Below, piece by piece: positions 54,505-64,000 of a stretch of 64,000 nucleotides of DNA. Source of the stretch: Squalus acanthias (taxonomy: Eukaryota); NCBI GenBank assembly GCA_030390025.1, contig CM059432.1, forward strand, positions 90,212,001 through 90,276,000, written 5' to 3'. The notes under the pieces are model-generated. The model was not told where the DNA came from, did not search any database, and saw only the letters and a program-made list of their open reading frames with translations. Made by a program: the position numbers and the translations under genes. Numbering within the stretch: position 1 is the stretch's first letter; every line of letters starts with the position of its first letter.

Positions 54505-54939
54505 GGGCAACATGGTGGCATAGTGGTTAGCACTGGTGCCTCACAGCGCCAGAGACCCGGGTTCGAATCTGACCTCGGGTGACTGTCTGTGTGGAGTTTG
54601 CACATTCTCCCCGTGTCTGCGTGGGTTTCCTCCGGGTGCTCCGGTTTCCTCCCACAGTCCAAAAATGTGTGGGTTAGGTTGATTTGGCTATGATAAATTG
54701 ACCCTTAGTGTTAGGGGGGATTAAATATGTGGGGTTATGGGGATAGGATGGGATATGTTAGGGGGAATTAAATACGTGGGGTTACGGGGGTAGGGTGGGA
54801 TATGTGTACTGTGGGGATTAAAGCAGGGTCAGGGTACTGGATTTGGATGATCAGCCATGATCGTATTGAATGGCGGAGCAGGCTCGACGGGCCGAATGGC
54901 CTACTCCTGCTCCTAGATTCTATGTTTCTATGTTTCTAT
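54505..54939 (+). mobile_element. tRNA-derived V-SINE (HE1-like) with CR1-derived tail
   Basis: A box TGGCATAGTGG, B box GGTTCGAATCT, and V domain TGTGGAGTTTGCACATTCTCCCCGTGTCTGCGTGGGTTTCCTCCGGGTGCTCCGGTTTCCTCCCACA. The tail matches the CR1 3' UTR at ~49979-50095. Confidence 0.92.
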
Positions 54940-55264
54940 AATGAAAACAGAATGTGTTCATAACTCCATGGGGGAAAATTAACCCTGCATACTATAGCCA
55001 TGACTTTCCAATAATGGGAAAAATAGGGTTGAGCAATACACAGGCATTCCGGCACATACAACACAGAGAACAGGCCTAGCTTAATTTTATGATCGGAGTC
55101 CCTCCCCATAAGACTATAGATACAGCAAAAGCAAGACATCATATTTTGCTGGGAAGCAGAAAATCTGGAAAGGCAGAAGCTCGTAAAGGACTGCAGCTGG
55201 CTATTAAGGAGAAAGTTGTGGTGGAGACAGAATAGTGGAGAAATTAATTACAGTGGCACATTGG

Positions 55265-55465
55265 AGACATGCGGAAAACGAGTCCTGCTTCAGGAGGTGC
55301 ACCAAAGGAGAATTACTTTATTTGGGGCTGAAGACCATCCTCCAGTAAAAAGTACAGTTGTCAGTTGCATGGAGGGAGGTTGCCAATTGAGTCAATGTGG
55401 TCATCCAGGTCCCTTGCACTTGACTGCGAATGAAGAAGTCTGCTGGTATTACAAGAAAGGTGAAG
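55265..55465 (+). pseudogene. Decayed Myb/SANT-like domain, probably Harbinger ORF1
   Basis: LLQEVHQRRITLFG followed, in a shifted frame, by AWREVAN*VNVVIQVPCT*LRMKK. This matches the L..EV..R...LFG...AW.E.A..VN pattern of Harbinger Myb-like proteins. Confidence 0.55.
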
Positions 55466-55723
55466 GTCAGTGTGCTTCTAACGTTTGCACATATTTCTTG
55501 CATGCGGGGCCCATTAAACATGGTAGAAACCCAAGTTAAGAACTTCAACACGTTCTCTGAAATGCCATTTCAGGCATTATACACTGCATACAATTTTCAT
55601 CGAGCCAAAAATGGATGGAACACTTGTCTTGCAGGTGGAGCTGGTAGTCATGGAAGAAGAAACAGGTGCTCAGACTTCCATTCCAAAGCCCTCCTCAGCT
55701 TTTAAATGATTTCTCAGTGTCTT

Positions 55724-55774
55724 AGCCATTAACTTCTCCCCCTTCCAAAGAGCCATTAACTTCTCCCCCTTCCA
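55724..55774 (+). repeat. Short tandem duplication (24-bp unit, 27-bp period)
   Basis: AGCCATTAACTTCTCCCCCTTCCA at 55724 and 55751. Confidence 0.85.
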
Positions 55775-56004
55775 CAGTGTTGCTTCTCTGTGCAAAAATG
55801 CAGAAACCGTGGACTGCTAGTTACTGATGTAGTAGGGTCGATGAGAGTCTGGTCTTTAAATATTTTTAGTGTGCCTCCTGTACTTTATATGGATCTATTT
55901 AAATGCTAGCAGCAATAAAGAACAGCAAGGAAAAGCATTAACAAAAAGAACAACATGCAAAAATGGCAGAGTTCCCAACAAAAGCAACTAATACAAGCAG
56001 CAAG

Positions 56005-56702
56005 TTTATTTTGTTCGTTCATGAGATGTGGGCGTCACTGGCAAGGCCAGCATTTATTGCCCATCCTTAATCGCCCTAGAGAAGGTGGTGGTGAGCTGCC
56101 TTCTTAAACCGCTGCAGTCCTTATGGTGAAGGTACTCCCACAGTGCTGTTAGGGAGGGAGTCCCAGGATTATAATCCAACGACGATGAATGAACAGCAAT
56201 AAATTTCCAAGTCAGGATGGTGTGTGATTTGGAAGGGAACTTAGAGGTGATGGTGTTCCCATGCATATGCTGCCCTTGTCCTTCTAGGTGGTAGAGGTCA
56301 CGGGTTTGGGAGTTGCTGTCGAAGAAGGCTTGGCGAGTTGCTGCAGTGCATCTTGTAGATGGTACATACTGCAGCCACGGTACGCCGGTGGTACAGGGAG
56401 TGAATGTTTAAGGTGGTGGATGGGGTGCCAATGAAGCGGAGCTGCACTCATCCAGGCAAGGGGAGAGTATTCCATCACACTCCTGACTTGTGCCTTGTAG
56501 ATGGTGGAAAGGCTTTGGGGAGCCAGGAGGTGAGTCACTCGTCGCAGAATACCTGCTCTTGTAGCCACAGTATTTACGTGGCTGGTCCAGTTAGGTTTTT
56601 GGTCAATGGTGACTCCCAGGATAATCCCATTCAATGCCAAAGGACTCTCTCTTGTTGGAGATAGTCACTGCCTGGCACCTGTGTGGCGCGAATGTTACTT
56701 GC
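56005..56702 (-). mobile_element. CR1/L2-group LINE 3' fragment (copy 2 of the 45845-46698 family)
   Basis: Minus ORF LGVTIDQKPNWTSHVNTVATRAGILRRVTHLL...YKAQVRSVMEYSPLAW, with the same 3' end as copy 1. Confidence 0.88.
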
Positions 56703-56886
56703 GCCATAAATGTTTGGAAACACAAGCAAAAAGCACTTTTTCACACAACAGGATCTTGACTTACCTTTAAGAAGTAGACCAGACTCCAAAATCCCTGAAA
56801 AGTTCAACTGAAATGTGAAAGTGGTCCCTAGCTGTGCGTTGGAAATTCCAACAAGAAACCATGTTTAAATAATTATTCAATATAAT

Positions 56887-57777
56887 GGGCCATATTTTAA
56901 CCCCAAAAAACAGGTGGGTTTGGGGCGGGTGGGAGGTTAAAGAGTTAAAAATCTGAATCCCGACCCCAGCCCGCCCACTCCCGGTTTTAAGAATGTGCAG
57001 CCAACCCGCTCCCAGGAAATGGGTTGATCTTTTAAATATTATAATGAGGCTCCCTGCCTCATTTGGAAGCTCCATTTTAAATTTAACTCTGGCTGGCCAG
57101 GTTTCCCGGGCCTCAGGGACCCCGACAGTTAAAGGAAGGCAAGGACTGCTGGATCCAGGAGGTAAGTGCCTATCCACTTACCTGCTGGATCCAGTGTTCC
57201 TGCCTCGCCAACCCCCCACAATTGGACCCCACCCTCCCGATCGCCCTCCAACCTCCCCCCCCCCCACCCCCAAGGCCTCCGATTTCCAATTGCTCCTCTG
57301 GCCTTCCAACCACCCTCTCCCCCACCCCCCTCAGCCTCCGAACCCCCCTTCAACCTCCAGCCCGACCTCTCCTCCAACGATCTGGCCCTTGACCTCCCCT
57401 CCATGATATGACCCCCGACCTCCCCTCCAATAATCTTGCCCCCAACCATCCCTCAATGATCTTGGCCCCCAACCTCACCTCCAACGATCCAGCTCCCGGC
57501 CTCCCCTCCAATGATCCAGCCCCCAACCTCCCCTCCAACAATCCAGCCCCCAACCTCGCCAATGATCCAGTCCCCCACATGATCCCTCCCTCCCTCCTCT
57601 CTGCGGCCTTGTGCCGCAGGCCTACCCGCCCAACAGCCAGGAAACAGGAGAATCAAAATGTTAATCAGTCCCTGCCGTTAAATTCAGCAGGGCCGGAGGA
57701 AAATCTGTTCTCCCGGGTTTCCTGACCACTTTCCAGTCCCCCCGCTCCCTACCCACCTCCAAATTAAAATTCCAACC
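56887..57777. mobile_element. Non-autonomous TIR element (Harbinger-like), copy 1, with an internal 27-bp C-rich minisatellite (~57360-57585)
   Basis: Homologous to 61200-61875 at both ends and in the central hairpin. Imperfect TIR GGGCCATATTTTAAC / ATTAAAATTCCAACC. Minisatellite unit CCAACCTCCCCTCCAATGATCCAGCCC. Confidence 0.7.
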
Positions 57778-58649
57778 AACGAGACTGGCACATAGTGGTC
57801 GCACAACCCCATTTTGAAGCCAAAATTGCTGGTCTTGAATCAGGTGCCTGATTTCCCAGCTCCTACACTGCCAGCAGAGCCTTGCAAAATTTACCTTTTT
57901 AAATAACAAAATCATGAATCCATTCTTTATAAACAGGTTTATGAAGGTTAATTTCCTAGTGTATTCTCCCTCGACAGAGGGCGAAAAACCCCATGTAAAT
58001 TCCCCATATGACTCCATTATAATTTGTACACAGAGGAAACCTTCCCCCCATTAGGTTGGACATGAATAGATAACACAGCTCCAAAGTTACTCGCCATTTT
58101 TGCAAGTTTCTAGCATAAAATCAGCTACCTACAATTTTTTGGGTGGCTTCTGGGGCGAGATCCATCTCCAGTGACCCGAGCTGAGGCCTTCCATGTGTAC
58201 ACTCGTTGATGCTGCTGGGAGCTTATGACCAAATATTAAAATGAGCAGTAACAGCATTGGAGTGCCAAAGTCCTGTAACTTGAGCTCCCATTGCACCAAA
58301 GGTAACTTAGAATTAAATAAAAGAGTTATACCTGTGGCCAGTATCAGTTGCTATTGGCGGAAATGTTTTACTTTGGAGCCTGAAGAAATGTTTAAGTAAG
58401 GTTGCTGGAGCTACAAAGAGCTTTTAAAGTGTTTCTTTTTATGCCTTGTGTCTGGATTGAGATGGATGTACTCGGCCATCCTGAGGGTCTCTGAGATCAT
58501 TGGGAAATTTTTGCCCCCAGCCACAGAGAGAGGGTATTCCGAATGGGTATTCCTTTATATGCAATTACAATGGCGGTGAAGGAGGAAGAGCAGTGCAGGA
58601 TGAAGAAAAGTAGAATGAGGCAACTTCCGAGGATAATGTGCCCAACAAG

Positions 58650-58745
58650 AAATTACCTCCCCCACCAAGGACTTGCAGATCCTATGAAGACCTAAGTGAG
58701 GAGCACTGTGTTAGAAGAGTAAACTTCACCAAAGAGGAAGAGGGG
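58650..58745 (+). pseudogene. Decayed Harbinger-type transposase N-terminal fragment
   Basis: RTCRSYEDLSEEHCVRRVNFTKE resembles the SY.DLSEEQC.RRLRF.KE motif of HARBI1-like transposases. Downstream sequence is not clearly alignable by eye. Confidence 0.45.
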
Positions 58746-59567
58746 ACCTTCCTGCTGGCAGGGAGCCAAGATTGGCTACATCTCTGGAGCCTGTGCTTGG
58801 GCAACCTGACATCACCTCCTATGTGCCACCTGTGTGGTACTGAGGGGAACAGCCTGGATTGTACTGTTATCCTGAGAAACAGCAGCTTCATTAAAGTTGC
58901 CTACATCTGTCACCATTCTGCTGGGCCCTGAATCGAAAAGCCGGTATGCAGGATGCTTACTATCACCAGAGTTTCAGTCCGTATTTCCATGGAGGAGGAA
59001 GCATCCTCATTGGTCTTCAGCCACTTCTGAGGTTGGGAGTAGCATTGTTACTGGTTCCAATGAACTGCCTCTTGATCTGCATCAAAGAAAAAGCTTCCAT
59101 AATGGTCCCGCAAATGAGGGGTGTAGACTCCAGGGTCCCAGCTGTAGATTGTCACACATCCTTGCAGACTGACCTCAGGTATGTTTCAGACAATGTGGGT
59201 CCCACAACTCCAAAGCCATTTGCAGCCTTCTCCTTTGCCTTTGTTTGAAAGGTGGCATATCCTCACCAATCCCCAATCCTCCAGTTCCCTTGTGCTCTGT
59301 GAATCACCCAGTGCCACATCCTCACTGACACTCAATTACCCCCAGTGAAAGTATCTGAGCTGGTCCATAGAAGTGAGAAGGCAAGTGACGCAGGAGTAGA
59401 GATTGAGCAGGTTGTGCAGAGGAATATGGGGTAGAATCTTACTTTTGTGATTTCTGTACAGCCTTGTTATCAACATACAGTTCTTCCACATCATCAACCG
59501 CACTGCCATCATCATCGTTATCACACTCCCTGAGGAAGAATTTTCTTCCCTCTTGTTCCTCCTCTTA

Positions 59568-59996
59568 AGAAGGTTGTGGGTTCAAGTCCCACTCCAGGGA
59601 CTTGAGCACATAACGCTAGGTTGATACTCCAGCGCAGTGGTGAGGGAGTGCTGCACTGTCGGAGGTGCCGTCTTTCGGATGAGACGTCAAACCGAGGTCC
59701 TGTCTGCTCTCTCAGGTGGACGTAAAAGATCTCATGGCACTATTTCGAAGAAGAGCAAGGGAGTTATCCCCAGTGTCCTGGCCAATATTTATCCCTCAAC
59801 CAATATAACAAAAACAGATTATCTGGTCATTAGCACATTGCTATTTGTGGGACCTTGCTGTGCGCAAATTGGCTGCCGCATTTCCCACATTACAACAGTG
59901 ACTCCACTTCAAAAGTACTTCATTGGCTGTAAAGCGCTTTGAGACATCCGGTGGTCATGAAAGGTGTTATATAAATGCAAGTCTTTCTTTTTTTTT
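59568..59996 (+). mobile_element. Deu-domain SINE (SacSINE1/AmnSINE1-like), 5'-truncated, with L2-like tail
   Basis: B box GGTTCAAGTCCC. Deu core GGAGGTGCCGTCTTTCGGATGAGACG..AAACCGAGG...GGTGGACGTAAAAGATC.CATGGCACTATTTCGAAGAAGAGCA. Tail AAAGGTGTTATATAAATGCAAGTC. Confidence 0.88.
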
Positions 59997-60339
59997 AATC
60001 ACATGATCATCCTCCTTTTCATCATCCTCTGCCCCCAGCTGCTGTGATCTGCAGGAAAGGAGGCTACAAGCCAAGAATGGGTGAGCATCACCCCCTTGGG
60101 ATTAAGAGACAGAAAAAGGGCTGGAGGCTTTTGGCTGGGTGTGCTGCTTTACAGGGTGCCATGGCAACTGTGAAGGTGTGCACCCACTGGGGGTAATTTT
60201 AATTTTGGATGATAGAGTAAAACGGGCGATAACGATTCAGCCCCCCATTATACAACACGCACAATTTTCATTTCCATTGATGTTTGAATCGATATCACCT
60301 GTTTTACCACCCAAAGTCAAAATTACCCCTACTACCTGC

Positions 60340-60530
60340 ACTGTCCCACCAATCTCAACATCTCCCACACCTAGAGCAGAGTGCCTCTGAAGCAACTCCA
60401 TGACCTGCATCTCAAAGGGGATCAGTTCTCTTGACATCCAGAATGCCCCTTCTGGATTCTTGCTTTTCATGGGCATTGTGCGCAAATTTCTCCTGTAAAA
60501 GGACTGAGTAAATGAATTGAAGGCCATTAT
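60340..60530 (-). pseudogene. Possible decayed Harbinger Myb-like protein fragment
   Basis: LIPFEMQVMELLQRHSALGVGDVEIG resembles the L.P.EE.VLELLG....G.GD.E segment that follows the Myb domain in such proteins. Confidence 0.35.
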
Positions 60531-61199
60531 TTGAGGGATGGCTCCCTGGTGGCATGAGGCAGCTTATGTAATAGACCTGCTGGTATCTGTTAAAGTTGAA
60601 GAATGTGTTAGAAAGTTCTGCTTGTAATTGCTGTTAGGGGAGCTAGCAACACATACTGTAAGATCCAGAGCCACAGAGCAATATGAAGGGTTATTTGTGC
60701 AGCTATTAATTTTAGAGGATCAAAAGTGTATTGGTGCCCTTGGTGCCCAAGTGAGAAAAGTGAGAGTACCATGTCTGTCACCTTGCTAGCCCTCGTCAGG
60801 TCATTAAATTTTTTCCAACAATGATCTGCAATCCTATGGCATTATCACCTTCCTCCACAAGGCAAGCAAGACATTTCTCCAAGGTTTCCTCCCAAGTGCA
60901 TCCTGCAACCTTTCCCTCCTTTGTCACATCTTATCCAGGAGCGTCTGATGGTCAGTATTATTGAAATTATGGGCTCTTCTTTTCTGACTCCCTACAATGC
61001 CCTGCTCCCTCCTTTGACGCCTCTGCCAGGGTCCTCCAGTTGAAGACATGCTTTTAAAATGCCACAAATTCATATATAAGCTATCCATTGCTATCTGACA
61101 GTAAAATCTGCTCTAAGCACTCTTCTACTTATCTGCTGCTCCTCCAGCCAACTGCTGTAATCATTAGCTATGCCTGACTTTTTAAAGGCTACACACATA

Positions 61200-61875
61200 G
61201 GGGGGAATTTTAACCTCTAAAAATGGGTGGGTTTGGGTCGGGTGGGCTGTTAAAATGTTAAAAATCTGAATCCCGACCCCAACCCGCCTACTTCCGGTTT
61301 TAACGGCGACGGGTTGAGGGGCGGGCAATCAACTCACTCCAGGGAGGTTGGTTGGAAATTTAAATATTATAATGAGGCTGCATGCCTCCTATTTAACTGC
61401 CATTTTAAAATTAACCCTGTCCGGCCGGGTTTTCCGGACCTTAGGAAAACTGGCGGCTAAAGGGAGGCGAGAACTGCTGGATCCAGAAGGTAAGTGCCTT
61501 TCCACTTACCTGCTGGGTCCAGTTCATCTGCTTCACCCATGCCCGATCGTACACACCCCAACCCCTCCAATCTTCCCCCCCCCCCGACCCTTCCAATCTC
61601 CTCCACAAGGCCTCCAATCTCCTCCACAACTCTTCCGATCTCCCTGAGGCCTTTGATCTCACCCTCTCCTCTCCCCGATTGCGGCCTGGTGCCGAAGGCC
61701 TACCTGTCCAACAGTCAGCCTGTCTGGCTGGCTGCGACTGGGAAATGGAGACAAAAAATGCTAACAGGTCCTATTGTTAAATTTGGCAGGACCTGAGGGA
61801 AACCCGTTCTACCAGGTTTCCCGTCCTCAAAGCAGCCCGCTGCTCCCTCCCAGCCACCAAGTTAATATCCAGCCC
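61200..61875. mobile_element. Non-autonomous TIR element (Harbinger-like), copy 2
   Basis: Imperfect TIR GGGGGGAATTTTAAC / GTTAATATCCAGCCC with flanks ATA/TTA. Shares AAAAATCTGAATCCCGACCCC, TTTAAATATTATAATGAGGCT and the hairpin with copy 1. Confidence 0.72.
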
Positions 61876-62809
61876 TTAATTTCCAAGCCTTCCCAGAACA
61901 CTGCTCCTGTGCTACTCAGGAGTTGTGCTACTGAACGGCCAATGGATATTTAAATGATTCAGCCCCTCAATTTATGGCTGGGTCAACATTGGACAGTTTC
62001 AGGGGGGGAAAGTCCCGGTTCAGCAGCACAACTCTGGCTTAAATGGCCTCATCGAATTTTGGGGGCTTTCAAGTCTAGCTGGTAATAGTTGAGGAAATTA
62101 GTATTTTTTGGCAGTCAACAAATACCCATTCTTGAATAGCTTTTTGTTAGCCTCAGCCTGTGAAAAGCAATGTATTGCTTACAACTGTGTAAAGACCTTC
62201 ATCACAACCCATTCTGAGGCATCTCTTAGGACGTCCAGGACATCCAAGCTAACCTGAGGCCTTTTTCTCCATGAAGGCAAAATTGTATTCAAAACAGAAA
62301 CAAAGAAAGACATAATAGAAAACAATGAAGAGAGTGATATAAGAAAAGAAAGAGGAACTTTATGGAAACTTTAAATGTGAAGCAAAATCTATTGCACTTT
62401 TAGAAACAGACTGAAACTGTAAGAGTAACATTAAAATATTATATGCAGTAAATCAATCATTACTATATGTACAGTTAGGTTCATAATCATTTACCAAAAT
62501 ATAAACCACACTACCACTTTCTGAATACCTCAGAAAGTAACAACAGTGTTATTGTGATCCAGAGATTGAGACCGGAAGTGGGTCAGAGCAGGATTACTGC
62601 CCGCTGACAAGACCACGCGGTAACTTGCACCTGCTAGCCCAACTCTGCCATTTTTCTCGGTGGGTGTGAATTACATACGCAGAGCAGGCTCCCAGCTGTA
62701 CCTGCACTCTGCCGAGGGAGCCCACTACCACCAGAGAGGAATATCCTGTGGTGCTACAACTGGGCACTCGCTGCGGCATCTCAAAGGGACGGAGCTACTG
62801 TTAAAGGGG

Positions 62810-62980
62810 GCAGTCTTCAAAATCATACATGGCCACACCCATCCTTTCTTTGCAACCTCCTCCATGCTTACCCTTCAGTCCTCTGACTAGCTTTTTGTGC
62901 AATCCCCCCCTCCCTTTGCCCCAACATTGTTAGCAGAGCCTTCAGCCACCTCATCCCTACTCTATAACTACCTCCTTCAA
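62810..62980 (+). mobile_element. Old L2 ORF2 C-terminal remnant
   Basis: TTCAAAATCATACATGGCC...TGCAACCTCCTCCA...GCAGAGCCTTCAGCCACCT resembles the L2 FKSLHGL..CNLL..GRAFS region seen at 52860-53020. Confidence 0.45.
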
Positions 62981-63113
62981 AATTTCTGGCCTAAAAATTG
63001 AATATAGCCAAGAAAAGGGCAGTGTTAAGACTAAATGAGATTAAGCTGTGCCACCTGAAAATGGTCTAGTTAGCTTGCAAAATTCGTGCTCGGTCTTCAT
63101 TAATTTGATTGTC

Positions 63114-64000
63114 ATAGAATCATAACGGCACAGAAGAAGGCCGTTCGGCCCATCGAATCTATGCCGGCTCTCTGTAGAGCAATCCAGTCAGTCCCATTCC
63201 CCCTCTCTATCCCTGTAGCCCTGCAAGTTTATTTCCCTCAAGTGCCCATCCAGTCTCCCCTTGAAAACATTGAGAAAACATCCGTTTCCACCACTTCCGT
63301 CGGCAGCGAGTTCCAGGTCCTCACCACTCGCTGCGCAAAAAAGTTTTCCCTCATGTTTCCCCTGTATCTCTTGCCCAAAACCTTAAATCTGTGTCCCCTA
63401 GTCCTTGTACCATCAACTAGTGGGAACAGCCTTGCCCCGTCTAGCCTATCCAAACCCGTCATAATCTTGTACATCTCTATCAAATCACCCCTCAACCTCC
63501 TTTGTTCTAATAAAAACAAATCAGCTTCTCCAATCTGTCCTTGTAGCTAAGGTCCCCCATCCCCGGAACCATTCTGGTAAATCTCTCTGCACCCTCTCAA
63601 GTACCTTCACATCCTTCCTAAAGTGTGGTGACCAGAACTGGACACAATACTCCAGTTGTGGCCTAACCAGCGCTTTATAAAGGTTCAGCATAAATTCTCT
63701 ACTTTTGTACTCAATACTTCTATTTATGAAGCCCAAGATCCCATATGCTTTGCTAACCATTCTCTCAATATGTCCCTCCACCTTCAGGGACCTATGCACA
63801 TTAACTCCCAGGTCCCTCTGTCCCTGCACACTCTTTAAAACTGTGCCATTAAGTGCATATTGCCTCTCCCTGTTCCTTCTGCCAAAATGCATCACCTCAC
63901 ACTTCTCTGTATTAAATTCCATCTGCCACTTGTCTGCACATTCTGCTAGCCTTTTTATGTCCTGTTGCAGTCGATTGGTATCATCCTCACTGTTTGCCAT
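63114..64000 (-). mobile_element. CR1 LINE 3' portion, running off the window
   Basis: Minus ORFs WQMEFNTEKCEVMHFG, LVRPQLEYCVQFWSP, RRLRGDLIE...WNSLP. Tail CATAGAATCATA. Confidence 0.93.

Noticed and set aside
54505..54580. tRNA gene
   Set aside because: The A/B boxes continue directly into a V domain and LINE tail, so this is a SINE head.
56767..58017. Pro-rich and Gly-rich overlapping ORFs
   Set aside because: They are by-products of the C-rich minisatellite and GC-rich MITE interior. The same applies to the ORFs at 51987-52547 and 61348-61796.

Overview
This is non-genic, repeat-dominated vertebrate DNA, most likely from a shark or ray, judging by an HE1-like V-SINE, a Deu-domain SINE and CR1/L2 families recognised by eye. 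Bases 1 to ~41,176 are one uninterrupted, single-orientation tandem satellite of 32-bp (and 30-bp) monomers, consensus CTGATTTCAGAGAATGCACAGCGCTCACACTA. It is organised into kb-scale higher-order duplications (offsets 4091, 5887, 6094, 11061, 1677, 796 and 572 bp) and appears more diverged toward its edge. The array fuses directly into the protease of a decayed Gypsy LTR retrotransposon that has a 136-bp 3' LTR and sits in an L2 LINE. The remaining ~20 kb is a nest of CR1 and L2 LINEs, SINEs, Harbinger-like MITEs and fossils, and Penelope-derived pieces. No intact host gene is supported, and the ORFs in the satellite are artefacts of the repeat. The most unusual items are an unassigned ~400-bp structured segment fused to the 5' end of an L2, a 213-bp hairpin insert with hammerhead-ribozyme cores on both strands, a composite templated insertion in the Gypsy integrase, and a MITE family carrying a palindromic two-way splice-donor hairpin. 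All family names come from motif recognition, not database searches.
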